Part shown: piece by piece, positions 9,549 to 19,245 of the stretch | Layout: every line of letters starts with the position of its first letter | Numbering within the stretch: the first letter of the stretch is position 1 | UHGV virus genome: UHGV-0087418 | DNA length: 64,000 bases | From: a virus | Reading direction: 5' to 3' (one strand) | Translations under genes and position numbers: made by a program | Notes under the pieces: generated by a model | Told to the model about the DNA's origin: nothing | Database searches by the model: none | Seen by the model: only the letters and a program-made list of their open reading frames with translations

Positions 9549-10868
9549 TCACACATAAAACACATCATAACGACCACGAGTGACACCAACATAAAGAAGC
9601 TGCTGAGCCAATTCAGCGTCTGCATAATGAATACAAGGCGTATAGATGAAAGCACGGTCTACAGACATGCCCTGAGCTTTGTGAAATGTTGATGCAGGAA
9701 GTGCTTTCACTTTACTAAACTGTGATTTAGCATCCCAAAAATCACTCCACGGAGCTTTTCCACCTTTATTCCAATTTTTATAAGTTTCTGCCGTTTTACC
9801 TAAAAATAAGTTAAACTTATACAGCTCTTCATCAGATGAAATTATTTTAATCTTTTCACGATAATATTCATCGTCGCCGTAAGTTTCTACTGTTAAATCC
9901 CAATGACGAATTAGATATTCTCCAGAAACACCACGAGCTTTAACAAATGTTGATGTATACTCTGCTTCTATAATACGAACTAATTGTCCGTTATTAAAAA
10001 TAATTTCTGACACAGGCTTTCCATCAATTTTATATGTTTTAATTAATGGTTCCTGCATTACAATAATTTCACCAACGATAAAATCTTTATCAGTTTCAAA
10101 AATCTTTTTGCGAATAATGCTATTTAACTTATCAACAGATTTATTCGTAAATGCCATTACGCGATTTTCAAACAAATCATCTAGTGATTTTACGATTGAA
10201 AAATAATTTACCATAAAATCGCGTAAAGCGGTATCACCAGTAAATCCACGTACTCCATGCCCGTCAACAACTTTATCATAAATCCACTTACCGTTGCGAA
10301 CATCAGTAGCTACATCAATAATAGGAGCATTACTGCGTTTAACTTCAGTGAGTTCACACTGATAAAAATCTTTATGTGTAAAGAATGGGCTGATATAAGC
10401 AGTGTTTTCTCCTGGGTCAACAGGTCTAATTTGCTTATTATCGCCTATTCCAATTATAGTACACCATGGCGGGATAGTTGAAAGTAGAATTTTGAATAGC
10501 TTTCTATCATACATTGACACTTCGTCGCAGATTAATACTCTACATTTAGCTAAATCTGGTACTTCTTTTTGTTCAAAAAGAACGTTTTCTTCATATGTTA
10601 CCGGGTTGATTTTGAGAATACTGTGAATAGTACTCGCTTCTTTCCCTGACAGTTTTGAAAGAATCTTTTTAGCTGCATGAGTAGGAGCTGCTAAAATAAT
10701 ACCAGTTTCGCCTGTAGATATTAAGGCTTCAATGATGAACTTAGTAAGAGTAGTCTTACCAGTACCAGCAGGTCCATTAATAGTTACATGATGTTTCTTT
10801 TCTTTAATAGCCCTCATAACGATGTTAAAGGCATTTTTCTGGCCTTCTGTCAAATCATCAAATGTCAT
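9549..10868 (-). CDS. dda: Dda DNA helicase (SF1B)
   Basis: 439 aa; Walker A GPAGTGKT and helicase motifs; length matches T4 Dda. Confidence 0.9.
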   Translation of the reverse strand: MTFDDLTEGQKNAFNIVMRAIKEKKHHVTINGPAGTGKTTLTKFIIEALISTGETGIILAAPTHAAKKILSKLSGKEASTIHSILKINPVTYEENVLFEQKEVPDLAKCRVLICDEVSMYDRKLFKILLSTIPPWCTIIGIGDNKQIRPVDPGENTAYISPFFTHKDFYQCELTEVKRSNAPIIDVATDVRNGKWIYDKVVDGHGVRGFTGDTALRDFMVNYFSIVKSLDDLFENRVMAFTNKSVDKLNSIIRKKIFETDKDFIVGEIIVMQEPLIKTYKIDGKPVSEIIFNNGQLVRIIEAEYTSTFVKARGVSGEYLIRHWDLTVETYGDDEYYREKIKIISSDEELYKFNLFLGKTAETYKNWNKGGKAPWSDFWDAKSQFSKVKALPASTFHKAQGMSVDRAFIYTPCIHYADAELAQQLLYVGVTRGRYDVFYV

Positions 10869-11176
10869 CGTAAATTCCCTGCAATTGGTATACTAACAAT
10901 ACGCCCAGTATCTAAAATTCGCCGATATAATCTTTGTGTGTCTACATCAGGCTTAACATGTTTAACTTCTATTTTATTAAACCAAAACTTGCGTGGAGTC
11001 TCAACTAATCTCGGAATTCCCATACCTAAAGCTAGTCGATACTGCTCTTTAAGAGTGGTAAATACTTTATCAGCAATCTCCCTTTCAAAAAATACAGCAG
11101 GGCGATGTTCATCAAGCGGAACTGGCGCCGTAAATCCATCTTTATCTCTATAAACTATCGCATATACATAAAACAT
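10865..11176 (-). CDS. hypothetical protein
   Basis: 103-aa ORF overlapping the dda start. Confidence 0.45.
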   Translation of the reverse strand: MFYVYAIVYRDKDGFTAPVPLDEHRPAVFFEREIADKVFTTLKEQYRLALGMGIPRLVETPRKFWFNKIEVKHVKPDVDTQRLYRRILDTGRIVSIPIAGNLR

Positions 11177-11177
11177 A

Positions 11178-11924
11178 TTATCCTCGGATAAGTTTAAAAA
11201 TTGAACAATTTAGCGGGTATCCTCTTTTCAGTTTAAGTTTATCAATAAAAGACAAGTTTTGATACCGCTCTACACCTTGAATAATTTTATCACACATATC
11301 ATATTGCATTTCTGCTTCTGACAACTTTTTCACAGTTTTCCAATCCGAGCCTTTAAGAAGAACGTTCAATTTAACAACTTCAGCGCCTTCTGCTATACGA
11401 GAACCATCAATACGAGCTTTGAGTGCTACAATCGTTAGCTTAATGTCAGAGGTCTGTTTTGATTTAGAAAGCTGAGAAATGTGCTCAATTCGGTTTTCAC
11501 GTTTTTTCTGTATAGCTTTAATTTGATTATAAGTCTTTTTGATTTTAGCCCATTTCTTTTCATCTAAATTTAGTTTATAAACTTTTTTCGCAGATGAACG
11601 ACCAATTCGCAAAGCAAATAAATCACGCTTTTCAATCAACTCTTCTAAAGTATAATCAGAACGAAATGTATTGTACTTTTTCTTTACTGCAATAACATTC
11701 CCTTTAATGTATCCAACGTTATTATCAAAACGTTCTAATGATAATTTCTCTCCTTCAATACGATTATCAAAAGGTTCTCCTGAGTAAGCGCAAACTTTCT
11801 GATCTAAAATGTTCTTAATGTAATTGAAGTCTAAGTTAAAATCTTTAGAACGTCTTTTGGCAGATGCCTGAGTGTGCTCAAGACGACGTTTAATTTTACG
11901 AATTTGATTATTAGACAGTTTCAT
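11178..11924 (-). CDS. hypothetical basic protein (Srd-like position)
   Basis: 248 aa, lysine-rich; located between dda and modA as srd is in T4; the name is not verified. Confidence 0.4.
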   Translation of the reverse strand: MKLSNNQIRKIKRRLEHTQASAKRRSKDFNLDFNYIKNILDQKVCAYSGEPFDNRIEGEKLSLERFDNNVGYIKGNVIAVKKKYNTFRSDYTLEELIEKRDLFALRIGRSSAKKVYKLNLDEKKWAKIKKTYNQIKAIQKKRENRIEHISQLSKSKQTSDIKLTIVALKARIDGSRIAEGAEVVKLNVLLKGSDWKTVKKLSEAEMQYDMCDKIIQGVERYQNLSFIDKLKLKRGYPLNCSIFKLIRG

Positions 11925-11950
11925 ATTTTTCTCACGGACGGTTAACTACT

Positions 11951-11983
11951 TATACTATAACATTTTTACTTCAACTTGTAAAC
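11951..11983 (-). promoter_or_regulatory. T4-type early promoter
   Basis: Plus 'gtaaac' at 11978-11983 with a TATAGT-like -10 around 11951-11958 on the minus strand. Confidence 0.4.
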
Positions 11984-11996
11984 AACTTTATGAAAA

Positions 11997-12021
11997 TGCT
12001 TTAAAACTTTCATGGTATAAT
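11997..12021 (+). promoter_or_regulatory. MotA-box middle-promoter-like element on the plus strand (TGCTTTA-N12-TATAAT)
   Basis: tgcttta at 11997-12003 and tataat at 12016-12021; points antisense into modA. Confidence 0.3.
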
Positions 12022-12038
12022 GAATCTAAGTCCTTCCA

Positions 12039-12641
12039 TTATAGATTAAATCCTTCAAAATCAAGAGTATAGATAGTGTATGTTGAATACTTTTTATACT
12101 CGTATCTATCCGCAATTCTAAATACACTTCCAGCTGGTATCATTACTTCTTGTTCATCTGAAACTAATTCCATATTACGATAACGATGGCTATCCGGAAA
12201 TTTAAAACTCGGGCTATATTCTTTACAACGTAAAGCTTTTATAGCATACTCCTGGAAATTAAACACCATAGGAGCTTTGAATTCAAAAATAACTTGCGTG
12301 TTGTATTCTAATCCAGAAGCAAAATGTAGAGCTATATTTTTATCATATGAAGCTGATACTACTTTATCAAATGTAATAATATCAATTCCTTGATTTAACA
12401 CCTGTTTAGTCTCAACTGGAACACCTCTCCAAAGAGGTTTATCGTTTGGAACCAAACGAGATTTGATTATTTCATTTAACCAAGAATGATCGTCTGGCTT
12501 ATTAGTAATACAATGAATTAAAAGTTCAATTTCGGATAAATTAAATCCTTCAGAAAGTAATTCTTCACGAATAGAAGCACGCACAGATGCATCCATTGAT
12601 TTGATTTTAAAATCTTTTAATTGCATTGCTGAATATTTCAT
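12039..12641 (-). CDS. modA: ADP-ribosyltransferase ModA
   Basis: 200 aa; R-S-ExE ART signature (WRG ... SAS ... EQEVM); position next to modB. Confidence 0.7.
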   Translation of the reverse strand: MKYSAMQLKDFKIKSMDASVRASIREELLSEGFNLSEIELLIHCITNKPDDHSWLNEIIKSRLVPNDKPLWRGVPVETKQVLNQGIDIITFDKVVSASYDKNIALHFASGLEYNTQVIFEFKAPMVFNFQEYAIKALRCKEYSPSFKFPDSHRYRNMELVSDEQEVMIPAGSVFRIADRYEYKKYSTYTIYTLDFEGFNL

Positions 12642-13273
12642 TCAACTACCTCAATATCATACACTTTAAATGTTCCAAATGAATCGTGTAATTTTTCTTT
12701 TGAAATAGAAGTTATTTTATACTTTCCAATTGGAATCATCCATTCTTGTTCACGTACAATCATCATTAAGTTATCAGTACGTTCTGAATCTAATCCATCA
12801 GTATCTTCATATGTATACTTAAACTCAGTATTAGGAGAAGAAAGTATAATATCGCTGATATGATCAGAATAATTAAAAGCTTTATCAGTTTTTAAGCGAA
12901 ATATTATTTCAGTGGAATATTCAACATAAGAAAAACCACATGCTGTGTGCAAACTAGTAGTAAATGAATCTACTCTGTTCGTTGAAAACACTTCTCCAAC
13001 TTGTAAATCTTTAATGAGTTCTTTTGTCGATTTTGATATACCACGATATAGCTGATAAGGCGATTTAGTTAAATGCTTTTTAACGATTTTATTCAACTGC
13101 CGATGAAGAGCTTCATTCTTTTTGGCTTCCATACACTGCCAAAGAACTGACTGTTCAAAGTCAGTAAATTTTTCACAGACCATTTTGTACATATCATATT
13201 GAAAATCAACACTTTCAGCTTTTATAGATAACTGTTCAACATCTGCGAGATTAATAATCATGATAGCCTCCAT
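12638..13273 (-). CDS. modB: ADP-ribosyltransferase ModB
   Basis: 211 aa; paralogue of ModA with YRG ... ST ... EQEWM. Confidence 0.7.
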   Translation of the reverse strand: MEAIMIINLADVEQLSIKAESVDFQYDMYKMVCEKFTDFEQSVLWQCMEAKKNEALHRQLNKIVKKHLTKSPYQLYRGISKSTKELIKDLQVGEVFSTNRVDSFTTSLHTACGFSYVEYSTEIIFRLKTDKAFNYSDHISDIILSSPNTEFKYTYEDTDGLDSERTDNLMMIVREQEWMIPIGKYKITSISKEKLHDSFGTFKVYDIEVVE

Positions 13274-13287
13274 ATACTTCAGAAGCT

Positions 13288-13317
13288 ATCATATCATTGT
13301 TAGGAAGGAAAGTAAAC
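13288..13317 (-). promoter_or_regulatory. T4-type early promoter
   Basis: Plus 'gtaaac' at 13312-13317 and a TATGAT-like -10 near 13288-13293. Confidence 0.4.
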
Positions 13318-13328
13318 AACTTTTTGAA

Positions 13329-13511
13329 TTATTTTGCCCAGGGAGCCCAAGGCGGAGGGTCAAGATGGTATGAAGCTAGTTCTTCTAGAAGAGCATCTGG
13401 GGCTTCAATTCCATAATTCTGTAATACTATACGGTACTCTTTCTTATAATCACTAGAATCATTCTGGATATTCGTAGAATGATTATCTTCTAACATCTCA
13501 AATAAATCCAT
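13329..13511 (-). CDS. hypothetical protein
   Basis: 60-aa ORF. Confidence 0.35.
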   Translation of the reverse strand: MDLFEMLEDNHSTNIQNDSSDYKKEYRIVLQNYGIEAPDALLEELASYHLDPPPWAPWAK

Positions 13512-13519
13512 ATTAATTC

Positions 13520-13990
13520 CTAGCGATAAAAACCAAAATAACGATTAGCTTCAATAATCTTTCTTTCTTCTTCGGACATTCTCCAGCGTAGTCCAACATC
13601 AAAATGAGCCCAGACCATCTTAACAAATGCATTTATATCTTTAATATCTTCAATAATGAATGATTTACTTTTAGAAGGTTGACTCGCTAATTTAACTTTA
13701 TCGTCTTCAAACAGGTCAAAAAGACCATATTCATGAGCTCTTTTATAGCCTTTAATAGTTAAAGCTTCAGAAGAAGAAAACGGTGAATCAGTATTCTGTA
13801 AAATATCTTCAGTATGCTTTATAATTAGAATAACATTTTCTGGATATTTTCTTTCTTTTATATCTTTAATTAAAAGATCCGGATTTTCTGCTAAAGGAAT
13901 AATTAATGAGCATTTTTTATCAAGTGCATTTACTGATTTACATTCTTTAGACATAAATTCTATTGAATAATGTTTTGCTACTTCAATCAT
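13520..13990 (-). CDS. hypothetical protein
   Basis: 156-aa ORF. Confidence 0.4.
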   Translation of the reverse strand: MIEVAKHYSIEFMSKECKSVNALDKKCSLIIPLAENPDLLIKDIKERKYPENVILIIKHTEDILQNTDSPFSSSEALTIKGYKRAHEYGLFDLFEDDKVKLASQPSKSKSFIIEDIKDINAFVKMVWAHFDVGLRWRMSEEERKIIEANRYFGFYR

Positions 13991-14143
13991 GTGATTTCCT
14001 TTTGCCTACTAATGGACCGTCAGGAATTTTGTTTTCCTGGATATATTTCTCATTTTCTTCCATCATTTTACTGCCAATTTTAAGAAGCAAATCCATTGCT
14101 TCATTTGCTTTAGCTTTAGCCTCTTCTAATGTCATATCTCTGT

Positions 14144-14347
14144 TCATGATTTATCCCCATAGATATCTCTCATCAATTTAAGCGCTGAGCGTTCTAATTT
14201 CTTTTCTTTCTCAGCACTAATCATTGATTTCATCCATTCTTCTGATTCGTTCTGCATTTCTTTATTTACCTGTTCAACCCAACCATCGTCAATGTACATT
14301 GAGTTTGGTCTATTGAACCATTCAAGCATCTTCTTCAGAACTTTCAC
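14144..14347 (-). CDS. hypothetical protein
   Basis: 67-aa ORF. Confidence 0.35.
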   Translation of the reverse strand: MKVLKKMLEWFNRPNSMYIDDGWVEQVNKEMQNESEEWMKSMISAEKEKKLERSALKLMRDIYGDKS

Positions 14348-14819
14348 TTGTTTTACCTAAAACAATAGTAGGAGCATCGTCAAATTCATGAATTTTTAGC
14401 AATTTTGGATTTAAATTATTCCATACATAATAAATGAAGTATGATAAAGCATCTTCACTCGCAATTATAAATTTATTTCCTTTATCTATTTTCCAGTCAT
14501 ATACTGAATCATATGAATATAATGGCAATGGTTTATTGTTATAATATGATTCAGCAACATCAATATAGTTAGATTTAGTAAATGCTTGAATTGACATAAA
14601 TGGAGAATTTCGTACAGTTTCAATAATTCCGATCTTTTTAAGTTTTATTTCAACATCTTCTGGAACTGGCATTGAAATAAAATCTTCTACTAGATACATG
14701 TTATTATCATATCTTTTATCAATTATTACTGCTACTGTAATTGGAATATCTTTAGCAAACGCCATGCTATCACTGCTAATATACATTTCAAACAAAATTG
14801 CTTCCATAATTTTCCTCAA
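14322..14819 (-). CDS. hypothetical protein
   Basis: 165-aa ORF. Confidence 0.4.
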   Translation of the reverse strand: MRKIMEAILFEMYISSDSMAFAKDIPITVAVIIDKRYDNNMYLVEDFISMPVPEDVEIKLKKIGIIETVRNSPFMSIQAFTKSNYIDVAESYYNNKPLPLYSYDSVYDWKIDKGNKFIIASEDALSYFIYYVWNNLNPKLLKIHEFDDAPTIVLGKTSESSEEDA

Positions 14820-15154
14820 TCACAAGATGTAGATGAACAACTAGAATCACAAGAACTTCCACATGAATCGCCCGTCCACACATGAACAGGAACATTAGTA
14901 TCATATGAATCAGAACTAGACTGTGTATTCTGCGTATTAGATGATGTAGGTGTTGACCAACGCCAAGGATTTTTATAATATTCCTGGGCTTCTTCATAAG
15001 TCATAGTAACTGCTTCTACTGTTCCATCTCCCATATAAACATATTCAACTACAGTTAAAGGAAGGTAGTCATTTGAAATAGGAACTACACCTTCTCCGGG
15101 AGTCGTAGAGAAAAAATCCGTAAAGAAACTTTTAAACCAATTAAAGATAAACAT
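14816..15154 (-). CDS. hypothetical protein with Cys/Ser-rich C-terminal repeat
   Basis: 112 aa; hydrophobic N-terminus; C-terminal ...[17 protein letters not shown]. Confidence 0.4.
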   Translation of the reverse strand: MFIFNWFKSFFTDFFSTTPGEGVVPISNDYLPLTVVEYVYMGDGTVEAVTMTYEEAQEYYKNPWRWSTPTSSNTQNTQSSSDSYDTNVPVHVWTGDSCGSSCDSSCSSTSCD

Positions 15155-15366
15155 TACAAAAAGCCTCTTTGAAATTCGACTCTTTGAAATCCACCCCAGT
15201 CAGTGTATCGCATTTCAGCATTGAACTCGACTGAACCATCTGCATGCATCATGAATGAATGCGTGACGATATCACAATCCCAGCTTTTCATACCCCATTT
15301 ATCAGAGATAGCTTTATCAAGAACCTTCTGGAGGTCTTCATTTGGTTTAATCCAACGATTTAACAT
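15154..15366 (-). CDS. hypothetical protein
   Basis: 70-aa ORF. Confidence 0.4.
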   Translation of the reverse strand: MLNRWIKPNEDLQKVLDKAISDKWGMKSWDCDIVTHSFMMHADGSVEFNAEMRYTDWGGFQRVEFQRGFL

Positions 15367-15392
15367 AGTGCTCTCCTCTATAAGATAATTCT

Positions 15393-15422
15393 ATTATACC
15401 ATACTTGTTTTGGAAAGTAAAC
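15393..15422 (-). promoter_or_regulatory. T4-type early promoter
   Basis: Plus 'gtaaac' at 15417-15422 and 'attata' at 15393-15398, directly downstream of the soc terminator. Confidence 0.45.
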
Positions 15423-15438
15423 CGGTAAAATGAAAAAA

Positions 15439-15456
15439 GGACTCCCGAAGGAGTCC
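15439..15456 (-). terminator. Intrinsic terminator with UUCG tetraloop
   Basis: ggactcc-cgaa-ggagtcc hairpin followed by a T6 run on the minus strand, after soc. Confidence 0.7.
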
Positions 15457-15464
15457 TTGAATTA

Positions 15465-15710
15465 TTAACCACCAGTTACTTTCCACAAATCTTCGTTTGC
15501 AGTAATCCATGCATCACGTTGATTTTCTTCGTATACAGTAGTATATGCTGCTTTTTCTGAAGGGAATGTCTGGTAATGAGCGCCAGAAATTTTGTGAACG
15601 TCAGAATAAAGAGGGAAAGCTACAGAAATTTCCTTTCCTTCAATTTTCTTATTTCCATCTAATTTCTGCTCAAATGTTTTAATATTAACATAACCGCGAG
15701 TACTAGCCAT
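15465..15710 (-). CDS. soc: small outer capsid protein Soc
   Basis: 81 aa, MASTRGYVNIKTFEQKLDGNKKIEGKEISVAFPLY...; preceded by a TATAAATA late promoter. Confidence 0.85.
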   Translation of the reverse strand: MASTRGYVNIKTFEQKLDGNKKIEGKEISVAFPLYSDVHKISGAHYQTFPSEKAAYTTVYEENQRDAWITANEDLWKVTGG

Positions 15711-15740
15711 GTAATTCTCCTTTTATTTAAATTACATGAC

Positions 15741-15748
15741 TATTTATA
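15741..15748 (-). promoter_or_regulatory. T4 late promoter TATAAATA (gp55-dependent)
   Basis: Plus 'tatttata' at 15741-15748, about 30 nt upstream of the soc start. Confidence 0.6.
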
Positions 15749-15782
15749 ATAAATTCTCACAGCTTTTAAGCCGTCGTTTATA

Positions 15783-16301
15783 TTAATAACCTCGGTCTTG
15801 ACGAGCGAAGTTTTCAGCATTTTTCAGATAATAAAGTTTAAAGATTTCTTCAGCCGTAAGACCGAGACCTTGGAACATGTTCAGAACGAAATGAAGAATA
15901 TCAATCATTTCGAATTTAATTTCCAACTGGTCTTGTGGAGACAAATCAGTAATCAGAGTTTCACGTCGTTCACCATGTTGAGCTTTCCAAGGCTTCCATA
16001 CAGCAGATGCATCTTTTTCACCATTGCTCATACCACCAAGAGAAGTCAATAGTTCGCGGAATTCATCATCAATATAATCTTTCTGATTACGCAGCCAATC
16101 AACAACTTCACCCGCAGTAGCCAAATCATCAGGATGACGGTTATATTCAGGTTTATCTTTAGCTAAACGAACCTGCAGAGATTTCTGCATATCAAGCATA
16201 ACTTGCAGAGGGTCTTTTTCATCACCGAGAATATCCCAGTATTCATTTTGAGCTTTATCAGCGCCTTCAATCAGTTGTGAACATTCATTAAAGTATGCCA
16301 T
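15783..16301 (-). CDS. 56: dCTP pyrophosphatase (dCTPase/dUTPase)
   Basis: Starts at internal ATG 16299-16301 (MAYFNECSQLIEG...), about 172 aa; the ORF-track N-terminal extension is discarded; AAAGGA ribosome-binding site. Confidence 0.8.
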   Translation of the reverse strand: MAYFNECSQLIEGADKAQNEYWDILGDEKDPLQVMLDMQKSLQVRLAKDKPEYNRHPDDLATAGEVVDWLRNQKDYIDDEFRELLTSLGGMSNGEKDASAVWKPWKAQHGERRETLITDLSPQDQLEIKFEMIDILHFVLNMFQGLGLTAEEIFKLYYLKNAENFARQDRGY

Positions 16302-16335
16302 TATTTTTCCTTTCAATTCATGGGTTAGTAGATTA

Positions 16336-16359
16336 ATTATACAATAAATATATAAAGCA
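16336..16359 (-). promoter_or_regulatory. MotA-dependent middle-promoter-like element (TGCTTTA-N11-TATAAT)
   Basis: Plus 'taaagca' at 16353-16359 and 'attata' at 16336-16341; upstream of gene 56. Confidence 0.45.
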
Positions 16360-16568
16360 ATAAGGAGGATATATGGTACAAAAATTAATGGCACTTGTTA
16401 ATGCCATAAAAGGTAATAAAAACGTATAGCTTTTACTATTTCTGCTATGGTAGGAATTTTACTCTGGAATTTTGTTTTATCACCAATTGCTATTGCTCAT
16501 GGTGTTAATATTCCAGTAATTACTCTTGATACATTCGTAGATTTAGCATTTGCTTTAGTTGAGTTAAT

Positions 16569-17597
16569 TTAAATCTTAGCGTATTTAGATAGCCGCATTT
16601 TAGCCATCAACCCTTGGGCAATATTATTTTTCATATATTCCATAATTTGTTTAGGGGTTGCACCTTCCTTTCTAATCATATCATTAACATCTTTTGATTT
16701 CCAGGGAGATTTATCCCAAAACATAACCCTTTCTCCTGCATCAACTAATTTAGTCATTCGTTTAATAGTGTCAGGGTGACGAGGTTCATTATCTAAAACC
16801 CACACACGTCTATCTTTAAATGGAACAATTTCTAGGTCTAATTGACCGCCCGTAATAGCTATACCATTTTCAATAAAAAGTGAATCTATAGGTCCTTCTA
16901 GAACATATACATCACCATCTTTAACCCGTTCGACTCCATAAATTTTTGTTGCCTCAGGATAAGCTTTGATAGTGATATATTTTTGAGGAGCATCTTTCTT
17001 TAATGCACGTCCTTGAAAAGACTCGGCTTTTCCGTTAGCATTATAAATTGGAATAACAAGACGAGGCTCAGGTATTTCCTTTTTATATGTTCCTGGTGCT
17101 ATACTATTAACTAATTTAGGCCATTCAGTTGTAAACCAAAGATATTTCCATTTATCCTTTGGAATACAACGAGCTTTTACATATTTTATAATTGGATGGT
17201 CTTCCGCCAGTTTATCTAATCTAATGCATGACGGAAGAGATTTAATTATTTTCTTCTCAGGTTGTTTAGGAAGTTCTTTAGGTTTTTCTACTGGACGACT
17301 TTTACCTTTTTCCTTTCTTATTTCAAAGATATACTCACGATATAAATCAGGTTCAAACTCCTTTAAATATATTCCGATTGGTGCATGATAGTTACAGTTA
17401 TAACAATGAATATTTCCTTCATTATTATCGCCATAATACCATCCACGGGCTTTATTTTGGTCGGTTTTTGAATCTCCACAAACAGGACATCTAAACCGTA
17501 ATTTAAAAGTTGAACTATTATTTACTTGTGCGAATTTAGGTAAATGAGCCAATGCACGGTATGCAAACTCATTATCAATCCAAGGTATTGATGACAT
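16569..17597 (-). CDS. 61: DNA primase
   Basis: 342 aa; N-terminal zinc-binding CPVCGDS...CYNC and TOPRIM-like region. Confidence 0.9.
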   Translation of the reverse strand: MSSIPWIDNEFAYRALAHLPKFAQVNNSSTFKLRFRCPVCGDSKTDQNKARGWYYGDNNEGNIHCYNCNYHAPIGIYLKEFEPDLYREYIFEIRKEKGKSRPVEKPKELPKQPEKKIIKSLPSCIRLDKLAEDHPIIKYVKARCIPKDKWKYLWFTTEWPKLVNSIAPGTYKKEIPEPRLVIPIYNANGKAESFQGRALKKDAPQKYITIKAYPEATKIYGVERVKDGDVYVLEGPIDSLFIENGIAITGGQLDLEIVPFKDRRVWVLDNEPRHPDTIKRMTKLVDAGERVMFWDKSPWKSKDVNDMIRKEGATPKQIMEYMKNNIAQGLMAKMRLSKYAKI

Positions 17598-17599
17598 TT

Positions 17600-17764
17600 T
17601 TACTCTTCTTTTTCTTTAGATTCCTCTTTTTTCTTTTTAGGAATCTGTTCAGGACCTTTATTTACTACAGCACCTGACGTTGTTCCAGTGGAGATATTTT
17701 CAGGATTACCACCTGAATCTCCAGCTACCATATCTTCTTTAATAAATTCTTTATATGTTTTCAT
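17600..17764 (-). CDS. small hypothetical protein (about 54 aa)
   Basis: Hand-translated MKTYKEFIKEDMVAGDSGG...; TAATG-type coupling with neighbours; below the ORF-track cutoff. Confidence 0.35.
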   Translation of the reverse strand: MKTYKEFIKEDMVAGDSGGNPENISTGTTSGAVVNKGPEQIPKKKKEESKEKEE

Positions 17765-17765
17765 A

Positions 17766-18392
17766 TTAACCTCTATTCATAAAAGCATTAAAAATTTGGT
17801 CATCAATAGAAACATCTACTTTAGACTGTTTTTCTGATGGTAATTCATATCCACATATTACAATTTTGTGATCAATATCAAAATACACAGAAGCAATATG
17901 ATTAATGATGTTTTCAGTAAAGTCTAAATCAACATCAATATCTTTTTGACCACAGCCTAAAGGATAAATAATGCGAGTAATTCGATTATCTTTAACAAAG
18001 ATTCCACCGACATACTCTGTGCTGCGTTCAAAGTCTACGCGCCGACGAAATGAAAAATATTCAGGCTCTTTATGAGCTCGGCTCATAGGACACAACGAGT
18101 AACTAGAATAAGAGATGTCAAATCCTACGCCTTCGATATGAGCCAAAGTGTCATGATTAAACCAATTATAATCGTACGCCAAATCCATTAGATTATAATA
18201 TGTAAAAGGCACCGGATTAACATCATTAGTCACAAGCATATAATTAGCAACTGCTATAATTTCATTGTTTTTAACGAATACAAACCGTGATTGATGTGAA
18301 TGACCCGGACCCGCGTTTTCACGATTAATGATATAACACTGGGCACCTTTATATTTGTATGTATCTTTGCACTTGTGCATTTGATAGAGCAT
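17766..18392 (-). CDS. hypothetical protein
   Basis: 208-aa ORF between 61 and sp. Confidence 0.45.
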   Translation of the reverse strand: MLYQMHKCKDTYKYKGAQCYIINRENAGPGHSHQSRFVFVKNNEIIAVANYMLVTNDVNPVPFTYYNLMDLAYDYNWFNHDTLAHIEGVGFDISYSSYSLCPMSRAHKEPEYFSFRRRVDFERSTEYVGGIFVKDNRITRIIYPLGCGQKDIDVDLDFTENIINHIASVYFDIDHKIVICGYELPSEKQSKVDVSIDDQIFNAFMNRG

Positions 18393-18685
18393 TATTCACC
18401 TACCACTTCAGCGATGATATTTTTATTATTAAAGTTTTTATCGCAATACAGAACATAATTATACTGCATTACACCACCAGATTTAAGTTGTTTTTGCACT
18501 TCAGCTTTCATTTCAGGACGATCACGTTCAACGATATTCATAATATCCGCTTCAATTTGAATTTCAACTTCAGTCTGATCTGCAGTCATAGACCATTCGC
18601 ACAAATCTTTGTCATAACCCGCCATAGCAGGCTGAGCAGCGCAAGAAGATAAAGCAAAAATTGCAGCAAAGATAAATTTTTTCAT
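18392..18685 (-). CDS. sp: Spackle periplasmic protein (superinfection exclusion, lysozyme inhibitor)
   Basis: 97 aa; signal peptide MKKFIFAAIFALSSCAAQPAMA; size and position match T4 sp. Confidence 0.75.
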   Translation of the reverse strand: MKKFIFAAIFALSSCAAQPAMAGYDKDLCEWSMTADQTEVEIQIEADIMNIVERDRPEMKAEVQKQLKSGGVMQYNYVLYCDKNFNNKNIIAEVVGE

Positions 18686-18745
18686 GATAATCTCCTCAGT
18701 AGTTTATATTTATATAGTATCTCAATTTCCAATAAAAGTAAACAG

Positions 18746-19045
18746 TTATTTTAAAACTTCTGCATAATCGCATGTTACAAACTGTTTCTCTAACTTGGCG
18801 ATTTTATGAAAGTATCTTTTGCATTGACGAATCTGTCGCTTTGTAGGGCGCACAGCAAACTTAATAAATTCCACTCGACCAAATGGAGGGCTTTCTTCTG
18901 CCGGAATATCTAATACCAATTCCCACGTATCTGCAATAAGTGCTTTGAATTGAGTATTTTTCCTGACGTTATACGGTGTAGGTTTAAATAAAACGATATG
19001 CATATTATCCTCGGCAATCCACTTCACATACCTTCTTGTCATCAA
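18746..19045 (-). CDS. hypothetical protein
   Basis: 99-aa ORF. Confidence 0.4.
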   Translation of the reverse strand: MMTRRYVKWIAEDNMHIVLFKPTPYNVRKNTQFKALIADTWELVLDIPAEESPPFGRVEFIKFAVRPTKRQIRQCKRYFHKIAKLEKQFVTCDYAEVLK

Positions 19046-19187
19046 TGAAAGCTTTAACTAGTGCTTTATTAACTTCAGCATATTGAGTAGTAGCCCATTG
19101 AACGTCATCTTTCATCATTGTGATTTCTTTAGTAAACATGCTTTCATTCTTAAACCACCCCATAAAAACTACCTTTACCAATTCCAT
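19005..19187 (-). CDS. dmd: Dmd-like antitoxin (inhibitor of RnlA/LsoA)
   Basis: 60 aa, MELVKVVFMGWFKNESMF...; size and position immediately upstream of gene 41 match T4 dmd. Confidence 0.55.
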   Translation of the reverse strand: MELVKVVFMGWFKNESMFTKEITMMKDDVQWATTQYAEVNKALVKAFIDDKKVCEVDCRG

Positions 19188-19245
19188 AACAATCTCCTCA
19201 TTTAACCAACAAGACTACTATACCATAGTCTTGTCGGCTTGTAAA

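Noticed and set aside
14788-14997. 69-aa ORF inside 14816-15154
   Set aside because: Embedded alternative frame with a His/Leu-rich low-complexity translation.
16302-16394. N-terminal 31 residues of ORF-track entry 15783-16394 (gene 56)
   Set aside because: The extension overlaps the middle promoter and the ribosome-binding site; the start with a proper AAAGGA site is the ATG at 16299-16301.
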